From the NCBI GenBank assembly GCA_963714325.1, contig CAVQOB010000006.1, positions 171,071-235,070 of the forward strand: a DNA stretch of 64,000 nt. Reading direction: 5' to 3'. Source of the DNA: an uncultured Alphaproteobacteria bacterium. GTDB taxonomy: Bacteria > Pseudomonadota > Alphaproteobacteria > Rhizobiales > Hyphomicrobiaceae. The notes under the pieces are model-generated. The model was not told the origin of the DNA. It saw only the letters and a list, made by a program, of their open reading frames with translations, and made no database searches. The position numbers and the translations under genes were made by a program. Shown here one piece after another: positions 30,724 through 41,352 of the stretch; position 1 is the first letter of the stretch; every line of letters starts with the position of its first letter.

Positions 30724-30893
30724 CGGCCCACTCCAAATCCAACGTCGGGATTGCGGTACGATGGGTGGCCGGGACAGGCCCAGCAGTGACATTTTTGGGT
30801 GTGGTGGCGCGCGAGGGAAACGTTGCCTTTGGCTCTCGAGCCCGCCTCAGCCAGCAGTTCATGGATCCGGCAGTCAGGCCGGACGCACGTCAC

Positions 30894-31676
30894 TCACCCC
30901 GTGTTTTCCCCCGGTGGTGTGTTGCGCTTGCCGAACACGGGGCCGTTAGTTGGTGTTGGTTGCTCAGCGGGTGCGGTCGGTGGCGCTTCAGCGGCGGTTG
31001 CGGGTGGCGCGTCGGCGGCGGGCGGTGGCTCGGGGGGCGCCGGCTTCGGCATCGCCGTCGCGACCACCACCATCGCCGGGCGGAGCACCCGATCCTCGAT
31101 CGTGAAGCCGGACTGGAACACCTGCAGCACCGTATTGGGTGCTGCGTCGGCGCTTGGCTGCTGCATGACGGCCTGATGCAGATGCGGGTTGAAAACGTCG
31201 CCCTTGGGGTCGACGCGCTTGACGCCATGACGTTCGAGCACGTTGAGGAATTCACGCTCGGTCAAGTTGACGCCTTCGATCAGTGCCGTCAGCGCCGGAT
31301 CATGATCGGCGGCGGCTGTTGGCACGGCCTGCACGGCGCGCTGGAAATTATCGCTGACATTAACGACATCGTGGGCGAACTTGGTCACCGCGTACTTCGC
31401 AGTATCCTTCTTTTCTTGCTCGGTGCGCTTGCGGATATTGTCGACTTCGGCGTGGGCGCGCAGGATCTTGTCCTTCAGGTCGGAAATTTCGCGGCGCAGG
31501 TCGGCAATGACGTCGTCATGGTGCCTCGGTGCCGGTTCGCCGGCGGCGGCGAGCAGTGCCTCGTCGGCGGCAAGTTCGGCGGCTGTCCGCTCATTGATCG
31601 GTTGCGGGGGCTGGCCGGCTCCGTTGCCCACCGATTCTTCGCCACCCACCGGTTCGTTTTTCTTCTCGTCAGCCAT
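30894..31676 (-). CDS. grpE: nucleotide exchange factor GrpE (with Pro/Ala-rich C-terminal tail)
   Basis: Core DKILRAHAEVDNIRKRTEQE...FNPHLHQAV...GFTIEDRVLRPAMVVV, followed by an extra tail of about 55 aa that is rich in P/A. Confidence 0.92.
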   Translation of the reverse strand: MADEKKNEPVGGEESVGNGAGQPPQPINERTAAELAADEALLAAAGEPAPRHHDDVIADLRREISDLKDKILRAHAEVDNIRKRTEQEKKDTAKYAVTKFAHDVVNVSDNFQRAVQAVPTAAADHDPALTALIEGVNLTEREFLNVLERHGVKRVDPKGDVFNPHLHQAVMQQPSADAAPNTVLQVFQSGFTIEDRVLRPAMVVVATAMPKPAPPEPPPAADAPPATAAEAPPTAPAEQPTPTNGPVFGKRNTPPGENTG

Positions 31677-31766
31677 TATTCAGCAAGTCCTGCTTGATGC
31701 GCAGCCGATAGCGTGCAAAGCGCCGTGATGATACCCGGCTCGATATCAGGCCTGCGGGGCGAAAAA

Positions 31767-32867
31767 TCAAGTGATGACGCGGCTGACCAGCTTGGCCGTG
31801 TAGTCGACCATCGGGATGATGCGGCCATAATTCAGCCGCGTTGGGCCGATCACGCCGATAATGCCGACGACTTTACGTTCGCTGTCCTTGAAGGGTGCGA
31901 CAATCAGCGACGATCCCGAAAGCGAGAACAACTTGTTCTCCGCGCCGATGAAAATAGAAACGCCGTCACCTTTGTCGGCGAGCCCCAGCAGTTGAATGAG
32001 CTCGCGCTTGGACTCCAGATCGTCCAGCAGCTTGCGGATCCGCTCCAGTTCCTCAATCGCCGCCACGTCCTTGAGTAAATTTGCTTGCCCGCGCACGATC
32101 AGGCTCTTGCGATCATCGAGGCTGCCGGACCAGGTCGCCAGCCCCGCCTGCACGACCTTCTGCGTCAGCGAATCGAGTTCCGCCTTGGCCGACGTCGTTT
32201 CCGTCTCGATCCGCACCCGCGCTTCCGCCAGCGTCAATCCACGAATATGCGCATTGAGGTAGTTGGCGGCTTCCGTTAGTGCCGACGCCGGAAGGCCAAG
32301 TGGTATCGAAATCACCCGGTTCTCGACCCTGTTATCGTCGCCGACCAGCACCACCAGCGCCTTGCCGGGCTCCAATCCGACGAATTCGATGTGCTTGACC
32401 TTCGACACCTGTTTGTCACTGACTACCAGTCCGGCACAATGCGACAGCCCGGAAATCAGCTCGCCGGCATCGGCCAGCACTTGTTCGACAGATTTTTCCT
32501 TGTTGATCTTGAGCTGCGTCTCCAGCTGCGATTGCTCATCAGGCGCGAGCTTGCCGACTTCCAACAGCCCATCGACGAACAGGCGCAACCCGAGCTGTGT
32601 CGGCAATCTCCCGGCCGATGTATGCGGCGCATAAATCAGCCCGAGTTGCTCGAGATCCGACATGACGTTGCGCACTGACGCAGGTGACAGCGCGATCGGT
32701 AGTGCCCGCGACAGATTGCGCGACCCAACCGGCTCGCCGGTCTCCAGATACGTATCGACCACATGCCGGAAGATCGTGCGCGTACGATCGTTGAGCTTGT
32801 GCAACTCGGAATTGCGCTCGGCACTGATGGCCGGTGGCGGTCGATGGATCGGGATATCGGAGGTCAT
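31767..32867 (-). CDS. hrcA: heat-inducible transcription repressor HrcA
   Basis: LNDRTRTIFRHVVDTYLETGEPVGSRNLS with a winged-helix N-terminus. Full length is 366 aa. Confidence 0.93.
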   Translation of the reverse strand: MTSDIPIHRPPPAISAERNSELHKLNDRTRTIFRHVVDTYLETGEPVGSRNLSRALPIALSPASVRNVMSDLEQLGLIYAPHTSAGRLPTQLGLRLFVDGLLEVGKLAPDEQSQLETQLKINKEKSVEQVLADAGELISGLSHCAGLVVSDKQVSKVKHIEFVGLEPGKALVVLVGDDNRVENRVISIPLGLPASALTEAANYLNAHIRGLTLAEARVRIETETTSAKAELDSLTQKVVQAGLATWSGSLDDRKSLIVRGQANLLKDVAAIEELERIRKLLDDLESKRELIQLLGLADKGDGVSIFIGAENKLFSLSGSSLIVAPFKDSERKVVGIIGVIGPTRLNYGRIIPMVDYTAKLVSRVIT

Positions 32868-33041
32868 GCGTGATCGATCACTCGCTCGGAACGGTTGCGC
32901 AACGCGTTGACCGAGGAGTCTAGTAGTATCGGCGATCTTGCGTCAATGCACGAGAAACCTGTGATGACGAGTTGCGCGCTCACTCCGGCATCCAAAACGG
33001 TCAAACAACCGGTTATCGCCCACCGCGCCGCAGGTTCGAGA

Positions 33042-33641
33042 TCACTTGGCGCCCGCCGCCTTCAGAGCCGGCAGAATTTTCGTCTCGATCGCTGCCGGTG
33101 TCAACGGACCGACGTGCTTGTGGACGATCTCACCTTGCCCGTTGAGCACAAAGGTCTCGGGCATACCGTAGACACCCCACTCGATCGCCGCCCGGCCGTT
33201 GCCGTCGACACCGACCGCCTCAAACGGATTGCCATAACGCCCGAGGAAACGGCGGGCGGCCGCGGGTTGATCCTTGTAGTTGACACCGAGGATCGTCACA
33301 CCGTGCCGTGCTTTCAGCGCCATCAACAACGGATGCTCGTCCACACATGGCCCGCACCATGACGCCCAGAAGTTCACGACAATCGGTTTGCCGGCTGCAA
33401 GTTCGGTTGCTGAAAATCCAGGTACGGTGCGCGGTCCATCGACCAGTCCATCGAGTCCCTGCAATGTGATCGCTGGCGCACGCTTGCCGATTAGCGCCGA
33501 TGGCAACTTTGACGGATCGCCGGTTTTCAATGCGAACGCAAACACTGCCGCCAGCGCCAGGAACAGCACGACCGGCACCACCACCATCGCCGAGCGACGG
33601 CGGGGCGGCGGCGGTTCTGGTGCGTTCACAACTTTTTGCAT
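33042..33641 (-). CDS. DsbE/CcmG family thiol:disulfide oxidoreductase
   Basis: Membrane anchor, then NFWASWCGPCVDEHP (WCxPC) and GVYGMPETFVL, which are typical of CcmG/DsbE. The start is set at ATG 33641. Confidence 0.85.
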   Translation of the reverse strand: MQKVVNAPEPPPPRRRSAMVVVPVVLFLALAAVFAFALKTGDPSKLPSALIGKRAPAITLQGLDGLVDGPRTVPGFSATELAAGKPIVVNFWASWCGPCVDEHPLLMALKARHGVTILGVNYKDQPAAARRFLGRYGNPFEAVGVDGNGRAAIEWGVYGMPETFVLNGQGEIVHKHVGPLTPAAIETKILPALKAAGAK

Positions 33642-33850
33642 CAGGCGTGCCCTTCGTCGCCGTGGCGTGAAACCATTGATGGCAACATCCGTCGTTGCAC
33701 GCAACTGCGTCATGGCCGTGGCAGCGGCCCCCTGCGCGGCCATGACGCTTGGGCGACGATATCAGACCATGGCGCATGTCGGGAAAGACCATTCTCCCGA
33801 ACGCCAACCTTCGCCCGCTTGGCGTTTTGCGTCCAACGCTTGGTACCCTT

Positions 33851-34032
33851 GTCATCCCGCGCGCATCCGCAACACGTTTTTTCTGGCGCTTCGGTTGCCC
33901 ACCAGCAACCGCGCAGTGGTGCGGTGCAGACGCGGGACCTTGCGAGAGGGTCGTAAACAAGGTCCCGCATCTGCGGAGCAGCGTTTCCCCCGGTCTGCGC
34001 CGGGGTGCACGCTGCACCGCGTGCGGGATGAC
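33851..34032. repeat. REP/MITE-like nested-hairpin element (copy B)
   Basis: Termini GTCATCCCGCGCGC / GCGTGCGGGATGAC. Inner 11-bp perfect stem GCGGGACCTTG / CAAGGTCCCGC. Segment 33959-34032 matches the reverse complement of 54188-54261 at 63 of 74 positions in my hand alignment. Confidence 0.7.
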
Positions 34033-34068
34033 ACCGGGCACTACACGTTCAGTGCTCAACAAAACTGA

Positions 34069-36015
34069 TCACGCACTCTTTTTGTTTTGCCGGTTCTTGA
34101 TCAGGTCTTCGACCACCGCCGGATCAGCCAGCGTCGACGTATCACCGAGATTGCCGAACTCGTCCTCGGCGATCTTGCGCAGGATGCGCCGCATGATCTT
34201 GCCGGAGCGCGTCTTTGGTAGTCCCGGCGCGAACTGGATAAGATCCGGCGACGCCGTCGGCCCGATGATTTTTCGCACCGTCGCCACCAGCTCCTTCTTA
34301 AGCTCTTCGCCACCCTCGTTGCCCACCTTCAGCGTGACGTAGCAGTAGATGCCTTGGCCTTTGATGTCATGCGGATAGCCAACGACCGCGGCTTCGGCGA
34401 CTTTCGGATGGGCGACGAGCGCGCTCTCGACCTCGGCGGTGCCGAGACGATGGCCCGACACGTTCAAAACATCGTCAACGCGGCCGGTGATCCAGTAGTA
34501 GCCGTCCGCGTCACGCCGGCAACCGTCGCCGGTGAAGTACATGCCCTTATAGGCAGAAAAATACGTCTGCACGAAGCGCTCGTGATCGCGGAACACTGTC
34601 CGCATCTGGCCAGGCCAGCTGTCGAGGATGACCAGGTTGCCCGACGCCGCTCCCGCCAGCATGTTGCCCTTGTCATCAACTAAGGCCGGTAGGCATCCAA
34701 AGAACGGCAGCGTCGCCGATCCGGGTTTTGTCTTGGTTGCCCCTGGTAGTGGCGTGATCAGAATACCGCCGGTCTCCGTCTGCCACCACGTATCAACGAT
34801 CGGGCAGCGACCATCGCCGACCACGCGGCTGTACCACTCCCATGCTTCCGGGTTGATTGGCTCTCCGACCGACCCGAGCAGCCGCAGCGACGAGCGATCC
34901 GTGCGCTTCACGAAGTCGTCGCCAGCTCCCATCAGCGCCCGAATGGCGGTTGGTGCCGTGTAGAAAATATTCACGTCCCACTTGTCGATCACATGCCAGA
35001 AGCGCGACGCCGTCGGATAGTTGGGAATACCTTCGAACATCAGCGTCGTCGCGCCGTTCGCCAGCGGTCCATAGAGAATATAGCTGTGGCCTGTTACCCA
35101 GCCGACGTCGGCGGTGCACCAGTAGATATCGCCGTCGTGATAGTCGAAGACATATTGATGCGTCATCGACGCGTAGACGAGATACCCGCCGGTTGTATGC
35201 AGCACACCCTTCGGTTTGCCTGTTGAGCCAGAGGTGTAGAGAATGAATAGCGGATCTTCGGCATTCATCTCGACCGGCGCGCACTCGGCCGGAACCTTCA
35301 CCAGCTCCTCGTGCAGCCAGAAGTCCCGCCCCGGCGTGAACGGCACGTTGCCACCCGTACGGCGCACGACGATAACTTTCTCGCCGCCCTTGCACTTGGC
35401 CAGCGCAGCATCAGTATTCTTCTTCAATGGCACCGGCTTGCCGCCGCGCAACCCTTCATCGGCCGTAATGACAAATTTCGAGTCAGCATCGTCGATTCGA
35501 TTGGCGAGGCTATCTGGCGAAAATCCACCGAACACCACCGAATGGACTGCACCGATCCGCGCGCAAGCCAGCATCGCGTAGGCCGCCTCCGGGATCATCG
35601 GCAGATAGATCGTGACGACGTCGCCCTTTTTGACGCCATTGGCTTTCAGCACGTTGGCGAACTTGCACACCCGCTCGTAGAGTTGGCGATAGGTGATCTG
35701 CTCATCCTGCGTCGGGTCGTCACCTTCCCAGATGATCGCCACCTGATCGGCGCGCTTGGCCAGATGCCGGTCAATGCAATTGACCGAGACGTTGAGCGAG
35801 CCGTCCTCGTACCACTTGATCGACACGTTGGTTGGATCGTACGAAGTGTTCTTGACCTTGGTGTAGGGCTTGATCCATTCGAGCCGCTTGCCATGCTCGC
35901 CCCAGAAGCCGTTCGGATCCTCCACCGACCGCTTATACATGGCTTGATATTTGGCGCTATCGATCCAAGCCCGGCTCGACCATTCGGCGGGCACGTTATA
36001 AACATTGTCCGACAT
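34069..36015 (-). CDS. acs: acetyl-CoA synthetase
   Basis: [12 protein letters not shown]..., [12 protein letters not shown], and a full-length 648-aa AMP-forming Acs. GAGAGGA SD upstream of ATG 36015. Confidence 0.95.
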   Translation of the reverse strand: MSDNVYNVPAEWSSRAWIDSAKYQAMYKRSVEDPNGFWGEHGKRLEWIKPYTKVKNTSYDPTNVSIKWYEDGSLNVSVNCIDRHLAKRADQVAIIWEGDDPTQDEQITYRQLYERVCKFANVLKANGVKKGDVVTIYLPMIPEAAYAMLACARIGAVHSVVFGGFSPDSLANRIDDADSKFVITADEGLRGGKPVPLKKNTDAALAKCKGGEKVIVVRRTGGNVPFTPGRDFWLHEELVKVPAECAPVEMNAEDPLFILYTSGSTGKPKGVLHTTGGYLVYASMTHQYVFDYHDGDIYWCTADVGWVTGHSYILYGPLANGATTLMFEGIPNYPTASRFWHVIDKWDVNIFYTAPTAIRALMGAGDDFVKRTDRSSLRLLGSVGEPINPEAWEWYSRVVGDGRCPIVDTWWQTETGGILITPLPGATKTKPGSATLPFFGCLPALVDDKGNMLAGAASGNLVILDSWPGQMRTVFRDHERFVQTYFSAYKGMYFTGDGCRRDADGYYWITGRVDDVLNVSGHRLGTAEVESALVAHPKVAEAAVVGYPHDIKGQGIYCYVTLKVGNEGGEELKKELVATVRKIIGPTASPDLIQFAPGLPKTRSGKIMRRILRKIAEDEFGNLGDTSTLADPAVVEDLIKNRQNKKSA

Positions 36016-36104
36016 CGCTGTTATCCTCTCCGTCGCAAGATTGCCTGACATTAGGATCAGCCCCGCCGCCGGGCAACTGCCACGATGGTCGAATAGCGTC
36101 CCTG

Positions 36105-37550
36105 CTATGATCCAGAGTTCTGCAGAACGCCGGCCCGTTCGATTACTTCACGGATCCGGCGTCTGAAAAGCGCTCCGACAACCAGCCCATAGACCAGCGC
36201 CCCGAGCCCGATTTGCCCTAGCAGGCCAGCCACTGTCACGGCTGGTGGCAAGGCACGGAGCAACAGTGCCATAGACACCGCACCAACGATCGCCCCGAGG
36301 ATAATCTCCCACGGATATTTGGCGTTGAAAACCTTGATGCCCACTGCCACGCCGAGCGCTAAGACCAGCGAACTGGCTACCACGCGCGCATAGACCGCTC
36401 CTAGCACCCCATGCGAACGCACGAGCCAAAGCCCGACCAATATACTGGCCACAGCGCCGACCGTTTCGATCGCGACATTGAACCGTGTGCGCTCATGCAA
36501 CAGCAGCGTCTGCGCCGGCATCAGCGTCCAGGCCGCATGTAAGCCGGCAGCCAACGCCGCGACCGGCAGCAGCGCGACTGTTGCCGCCTGATAGGCTTCA
36601 CCAAGCAACAACCGCGCGATTGGTCCGGCCAGCACGGCAATCCCCGCAACCGCTGGCACCAGCAGCAGCAAACCCAACGCAAACCCATCGCCAAGCCGCG
36701 CCATCGCTCGCTCCATGCCGGCTTCTCGGACATCCCGGATGGCTAAAGGAAAAACCGCCGGCGCCACCAGAAACGCAATGAACATCAGACTGCGGTCCGC
36801 AATACCTGAGCCAACCGAATAAAGACCCACTTGCGCCCGATCAAGCAGTGTATCGATGATAAACCGTTGCCCATAGAGGGCGATCCAGGTGATCACTGCC
36901 GCAAGCGTCAATGGCGCACCATACCGCAACGCATCTCGCAAGATGTTGCGATCGAACACCGGCGCCTGAAACACAAAGCCCGCGCGCGGCACGGCATAGA
37001 GCAACGCCAGTCCCTGCGCCGCCGCAAATCCGATCAGCGGCCAGAGCGCACTGTTGCCAAGCCGCCAAACCAGCAACAACCCGATCAATAAGCCCACCGC
37101 CGACGCAGCAACCTGCAGCACCGTATAGATCCCGATCTGCTGGACGGCGCGCGTCCTCTCCAGCAACACCATCAGCAACGATCGCGTGAAGGCGTAGATG
37201 ACCGCCGCCGCCAGAAACCACACACTTGCCTGACCGTCGATAAAGGCCAGCACCGACACCAGCATCAAGCCGGCATTGGCCGCAATCCCGATCCCCAGCA
37301 CCAGCAGTTCGGTTTGCTCGAACCTCGCACGTGTTCCATCCGCCAGATGTCCGTCAAAACTCCGCAGGGTATAATGGGTCCACCAGTAGAGCGTCGGCAG
37401 GAACAGCAGCTCCTGCAGCGCGATCACGAGATTGAGTTTTCCGAGCTCAGCCGGCGCCAGCCAGAACGTCCACGCAATCACCGCGAGGAACTGGAACACC
37501 GGGCCAACCACCTGGGCCGGCAGATACAGCAAGGTTTGCCGCAGAAACAC
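36105..37550 (-). CDS. polysaccharide flippase (Wzx/MOP superfamily-like)
   Basis: 481-aa protein (GTG start) with 12-14 hydrophobic helices, in the context of glycosyltransferase genes. Confidence 0.65.
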   Translation of the reverse strand: MFLRQTLLYLPAQVVGPVFQFLAVIAWTFWLAPAELGKLNLVIALQELLFLPTLYWWTHYTLRSFDGHLADGTRARFEQTELLVLGIGIAANAGLMLVSVLAFIDGQASVWFLAAAVIYAFTRSLLMVLLERTRAVQQIGIYTVLQVAASAVGLLIGLLLVWRLGNSALWPLIGFAAAQGLALLYAVPRAGFVFQAPVFDRNILRDALRYGAPLTLAAVITWIALYGQRFIIDTLLDRAQVGLYSVGSGIADRSLMFIAFLVAPAVFPLAIRDVREAGMERAMARLGDGFALGLLLLVPAVAGIAVLAGPIARLLLGEAYQAATVALLPVAALAAGLHAAWTLMPAQTLLLHERTRFNVAIETVGAVASILVGLWLVRSHGVLGAVYARVVASSLVLALGVAVGIKVFNAKYPWEIILGAIVGAVSMALLLRALPPAVTVAGLLGQIGLGALVYGLVVGALFRRRIREVIERAGVLQNSGS

Positions 37551-37589
37551 TGGGTTACAATGACCTGACGTCCAACGCGGACTGTGAAA

Positions 37590-38843
37590 CTAGCTCTGTG
37601 CCGCGACTGTCGCCGCCGTCCGCGTTTTTAAAGACGTGCCACGCCGGTCATCCTGGATCCGGCGATGGTTCTCGTAGGCCTTGGAGATTTGCCGTTCCGG
37701 CGTGAACTCCAGAATCTGCGCATGCACTCGATCCGGCGTGATCGTCCCGGCCTGTATCAGCGTGCGAACGCGCACGAACGCATCGCTCAGCGCATCCGCA
37801 TTGGCGTCGATCCCGTCCAACCGCTGCACGAGTTGCCCGCTCACGTCCGGCTTGATCACCGCTTCGAGCTGCGGCAGGTGCGCGGCCACTACGGGGCGCC
37901 CGGCACTCAGGCTCTCCAGCACCGAGAACGGCATCCCCTCGAACTCCGAGGTCAGAATTCCCGCGTGCACGTGCGCCAAAACCTCGGCAACGCCGGTGGC
38001 CGTCTTGAATCCATGCAGCGTCGAAATGTTGTGAATGAGCTTGAACTCCGGGAACCGTTCCGGATCGCTGGTTCCCATATAGTGGAACTCGACGCCGCCG
38101 CCGATCTTCTCGTTCAAGCGGTGTACCGTCTTGAACATCAGTGATGGCACCTTGAAGAGATCGAGACGCCCGGCAAACGCAATTCTGAACGATCCATCCT
38201 GCGGGAACGGCGTCGGCGCAAACGTCTTAGTGTCGACCCACGTCGACAATGTATCAATCTTGTCCTTGTGTCGCGGGTACGTTCCGCGCATCCGTTCCGA
38301 GATGAACGGATTGACGCACAAAAACCGATCCGTCGTCGCCATCGCGTACCACTCGGCGACATTGTGGACGCCTCGATAGCTCTTCAACAGTGAATCCATC
38401 TGCAGCTTGGGTGCGCCCTCGCCGTGCAGCATCTGCACGAACGGCACCCGCAACATACTCGTGATCAGCGAATATTCCACGCGCTGCAGATCAACACTGG
38501 TCATCACGGTCTTGAGCGCCGCGTTCACCGCGCGCAGATGGCGCAGCAGGCCCTTGAAGAATTGATAATTGATGGAATCCGTCAACGTGAGCGCGGCTTC
38601 CTTGGCCTTTGCATCCGAGTAGTGCACGATCGGCAGAAAATCGATCATTTTGCCGCGAAACGGGATCTGTGTGACCTTCCCGAGCGGCAGATCGCCGATC
38701 GCGTCGACGCCGATCATCAGGAACGAGAAGTCGTCGGGCTTGAACGCGATCAGATCGCGAATGAAAGTCTCGAGTCCGCCGACCTTGGTCCCGCGCGGAT
38801 CGAACGAGTGCAGAATTGCCAGCCGATAGCTCATAGTGTCCAT
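37590..38843 (-). CDS. glycosyltransferase family 4-like (GT-B)
   Basis: The C-terminal motif GILTSEFEGMPFSVLESLSAGRPVVA is the EX7E-type signature of GT4 enzymes. The start is chosen at ATG 38843 or 38834 to avoid overlap with the upstream gene. Confidence 0.8.
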   Translation of the reverse strand: MDTMSYRLAILHSFDPRGTKVGGLETFIRDLIAFKPDDFSFLMIGVDAIGDLPLGKVTQIPFRGKMIDFLPIVHYSDAKAKEAALTLTDSINYQFFKGLLRHLRAVNAALKTVMTSVDLQRVEYSLITSMLRVPFVQMLHGEGAPKLQMDSLLKSYRGVHNVAEWYAMATTDRFLCVNPFISERMRGTYPRHKDKIDTLSTWVDTKTFAPTPFPQDGSFRIAFAGRLDLFKVPSLMFKTVHRLNEKIGGGVEFHYMGTSDPERFPEFKLIHNISTLHGFKTATGVAEVLAHVHAGILTSEFEGMPFSVLESLSAGRPVVAAHLPQLEAVIKPDVSGQLVQRLDGIDANADALSDAFVRVRTLIQAGTITPDRVHAQILEFTPERQISKAYENHRRIQDDRRGTSLKTRTAATVAAQS

Positions 38844-38877
38844 GGATCCAATGAAGCGGTGAAGGGGGACTAAGACC

Positions 38878-39705
38878 TTAGCGAATGCCTGGCTTCGCAC
38901 CGGTTTGATTCAACTCTCGAACGTGCTCGAACAGCAGTGAGCCGAACGCCAGCGCCGAACGTGCATAACGGCCAGCGAGTCGGCGCGGTTGATGCACCAG
39001 CCGCCAGACCCACTCAATCGCATACGTCTGGAAGAATAACGGCGCGCGCTGCTGCGTACCCGCCAGGAAATCGAGGCCGGCGCCAATGCACAGGAACCCG
39101 GCGCCGACCTCGGCGCGAACTGCTCGCGCCGCAAAGATTTCCTGCTTTGGCGCGCCGAGCGCGACAAAACAGAGATCAGCGCCACTGCGCCGAATGCGCT
39201 CGATGCAGGCATCGGCTTCGGGCCCGTTCGGATCAAAATTGCCGCCCGGCGCATACTGCTCGCGAATATCGAGGCCCGGTGCCTCTTTGCGCAATCGGTG
39301 CGCCGCACCCGCCAACGCCTCCGCTGTCGCGCCCAGCAGATAGACCGATTGCCCTTTCAACGCTGCCTGCCGGCACAACGGGACTATCAGATCAGAACCG
39401 GTTGTTCGCGTGACGGCCACACCCTTCAGACGGCCGAGCCAGACGATCGGCTGGCCATCCGCAAGCACAAAACGCGCCGCCGCATAGGCATCGCGAAACT
39501 CAGCGCTCTGGCGCAGCTTCACCACATGATCGAGATTGATTGTGAAAACCGCAAAGCCCTTGTGGTGATTGGGCGCGCCGGAAAGTTCGTGCGAGATCTT
39601 GCCCACTGCATCATCGAGCGATAAGGCGTTGATGTGTTGGCGCTCCACCACATAGGCGCTGTCATTGGCAAGTCCATCGGTCGATCGAGAGATCGTTTGT
39701 GTCAT
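38878..39705 (-). CDS. WecB/TagA/CpsF family glycosyltransferase (GT26)
   Basis: FTINLDHVVK..., ADGQPIVW, CFVALGAPKQE, GAGLDFLAG and EWVWRL motifs are typical of GT26. Confidence 0.85.
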   Translation of the reverse strand: MTQTISRSTDGLANDSAYVVERQHINALSLDDAVGKISHELSGAPNHHKGFAVFTINLDHVVKLRQSAEFRDAYAAARFVLADGQPIVWLGRLKGVAVTRTTGSDLIVPLCRQAALKGQSVYLLGATAEALAGAAHRLRKEAPGLDIREQYAPGGNFDPNGPEADACIERIRRSGADLCFVALGAPKQEIFAARAVRAEVGAGFLCIGAGLDFLAGTQQRAPLFFQTYAIEWVWRLVHQPRRLAGRYARSALAFGSLLFEHVRELNQTGAKPGIR

Positions 39706-39950
39706 GATACGATACGCTACTCTTGCACACGTCGAACGCAACGCGGAACCACAAGTCTCGGAACCCCACCGACGCAAAACGCGTCGGCGGGCACACAAGG
39801 CTGTTAACCAATGCAGCCCTTACAAGCAGATCCTAAGTCCGCAGGGAATGCGGCGAATGATCTGACATTCAAGGGCAAAGTTAGCCTGGATCGACTGGCC
39901 TCAGCCTTGCAAGTCTCGATTCTGGATTAACGGATGGGTCATTTTGCACC

Positions 39951-41330
39951 GTGAACAGCCTGACGCAACCGACTGCAAAGGTCGTGCCGCTTGCTCCGCC
40001 TGCCGATGCGGCGGCGCACGCGGTTCCGTTGTCTAGTGCATTGATCGCAAACACGAATTCAACGGAAGTGCCGGGCTCAAAGGCAACCCGCTCCGGCCTG
40101 TTCCCGATCGCTCTTGCGGCCATACTTTTGCTGTTTGGTGTTTCAGATCTGGCCTTGGAAGCCGTTGGCTATCGCTATCTTGGCACAGGTGGTCCGTTCT
40201 ACCAGAAACTGCATCCCTCGACGTTCATTATCGCAGGCGCGATGCTCTTCATGATCATGCGCCACCGTCAGCCCCTCAACGACCTACTGCGCATCATTCA
40301 CGATTGGAGCGGCGCATCGCTGTTTCTGACCTTCGTCATGGTTCTGCAGGCCGTCATCCTGCTCAAGGGTTATCCACTTACCTACGCCATCGACACATTC
40401 CTGATCCCAGTGTTGCTTTTCTTTCTCCTGGTGCAACTCACTGCCGAGGAACGCCACAAACTGGCTTATGTAGTCCTCGCCATTTTCGCTGCCAACACCG
40501 CCGTCGGCTTCGGCGAGTATATATCCGGCGAGCGGATCCTCAGTCTCGAAGGCGGCAGCGACGTTGCCGAAAAAATCGCCGACAGTCTGGACTGGCGCCC
40601 AACGGCCATCTTCGGCCATCCGCTCCGCAATTCCTTCCTCACCGGCCTATGCGTGCTCGTTCTCCTGTTGACCAGCCTACCATTAAGGGCGCGCATGCTC
40701 TTCCTGGCCGTCCAACTGATCGCCATGCTGCTGTTCGGTGGCCGATCATCCATGGTCATCATTGTCGCCTTGATGCTGGTGATGGCCGCGATCGCGCTCT
40801 TTCGTGTATTGCTCGGCGCACGTTTTGGCATCACGGCGATCCCAAAAGTCATGGGTGGTCTCATCACGATGATCGGCTTGGTATTCGTCCTTATATCGTC
40901 CGGCGCCCTCGACAAAGTCATCGAACGCTTTGAATGGGACGAAAGCGCCGAGACGCGCGTCTCGGCCATCCGCATGTTCGAGCAATTCGAAACCGCCGAT
41001 GTTCTCCTCGGCATTTCGCAAAGTCGCAAAGAAGCACTGCAGGTCATCTATGATACACAATTCGGCATCGAGATCTTCTGGCTCGCATTCCTGATGGACT
41101 ACGGCCTCATCATGCTCGCAGCCTTCGCCATCGCCCTCGGTTTCTTGATGCGCGACTACATCCGCGCTACCGCCCCCCACGCCGGCTGGCTGATCGCCTT
41201 CTTTCTGATCGGCATTTCAGCCTCCCTCGGTATCTCCGCGAAGGGCGTCCTGCTGACCCAGTTCACCGCCCTTGTCCTACTATTTTGCAGAGCCAGCCGA
41301 CCGCAATCCAGCAATCAGCACGCTGCATAA
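39951..41330 (+). CDS. multi-pass membrane protein, O-antigen polymerase/ligase-like (Wzy-type candidate)
   Basis: 459-aa ORF (GTG start, exact start uncertain) with about 10-12 TM helices and one larger loop, placed inside the polysaccharide cluster. The assignment rests on architecture and context only. Confidence 0.5.
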   Translation: MNSLTQPTAKVVPLAPPADAAAHAVPLSSALIANTNSTEVPGSKATRSGLFPIALAAILLLFGVSDLALEAVGYRYLGTGGPFYQKLHPSTFIIAGAMLFMIMRHRQPLNDLLRIIHDWSGASLFLTFVMVLQAVILLKGYPLTYAIDTFLIPVLLFFLLVQLTAEERHKLAYVVLAIFAANTAVGFGEYISGERILSLEGGSDVAEKIADSLDWRPTAIFGHPLRNSFLTGLCVLVLLLTSLPLRARMLFLAVQLIAMLLFGGRSSMVIIVALMLVMAAIALFRVLLGARFGITAIPKVMGGLITMIGLVFVLISSGALDKVIERFEWDESAETRVSAIRMFEQFETADVLLGISQSRKEALQVIYDTQFGIEIFWLAFLMDYGLIMLAAFAIALGFLMRDYIRATAPHAGWLIAFFLIGISASLGISAKGVLLTQFTALVLLFCRASRPQSSNQHAA

Positions 41331-41352
41331 TATCGAGAACCTCGTCAATCGC

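Noticed and set aside
32868-33041. Search for a CIRCE operator (TTAGCACTC-N9-GAGTGCTAA) upstream of hrcA
   Set aside because: No match in either orientation. Only a weak sigma70-like TTGACG-N18-TAGACT is seen on the minus strand, which is too weak to call.
33220-34068. 280-aa and 262-aa ORFs spanning the ccmG-like gene upstream region and the repeat
   Set aside because: They run through the REP-like element and antisense or out-of-frame to the DsbE/CcmG gene. Similar peptides at the other repeat copy show they are repeat-derived.
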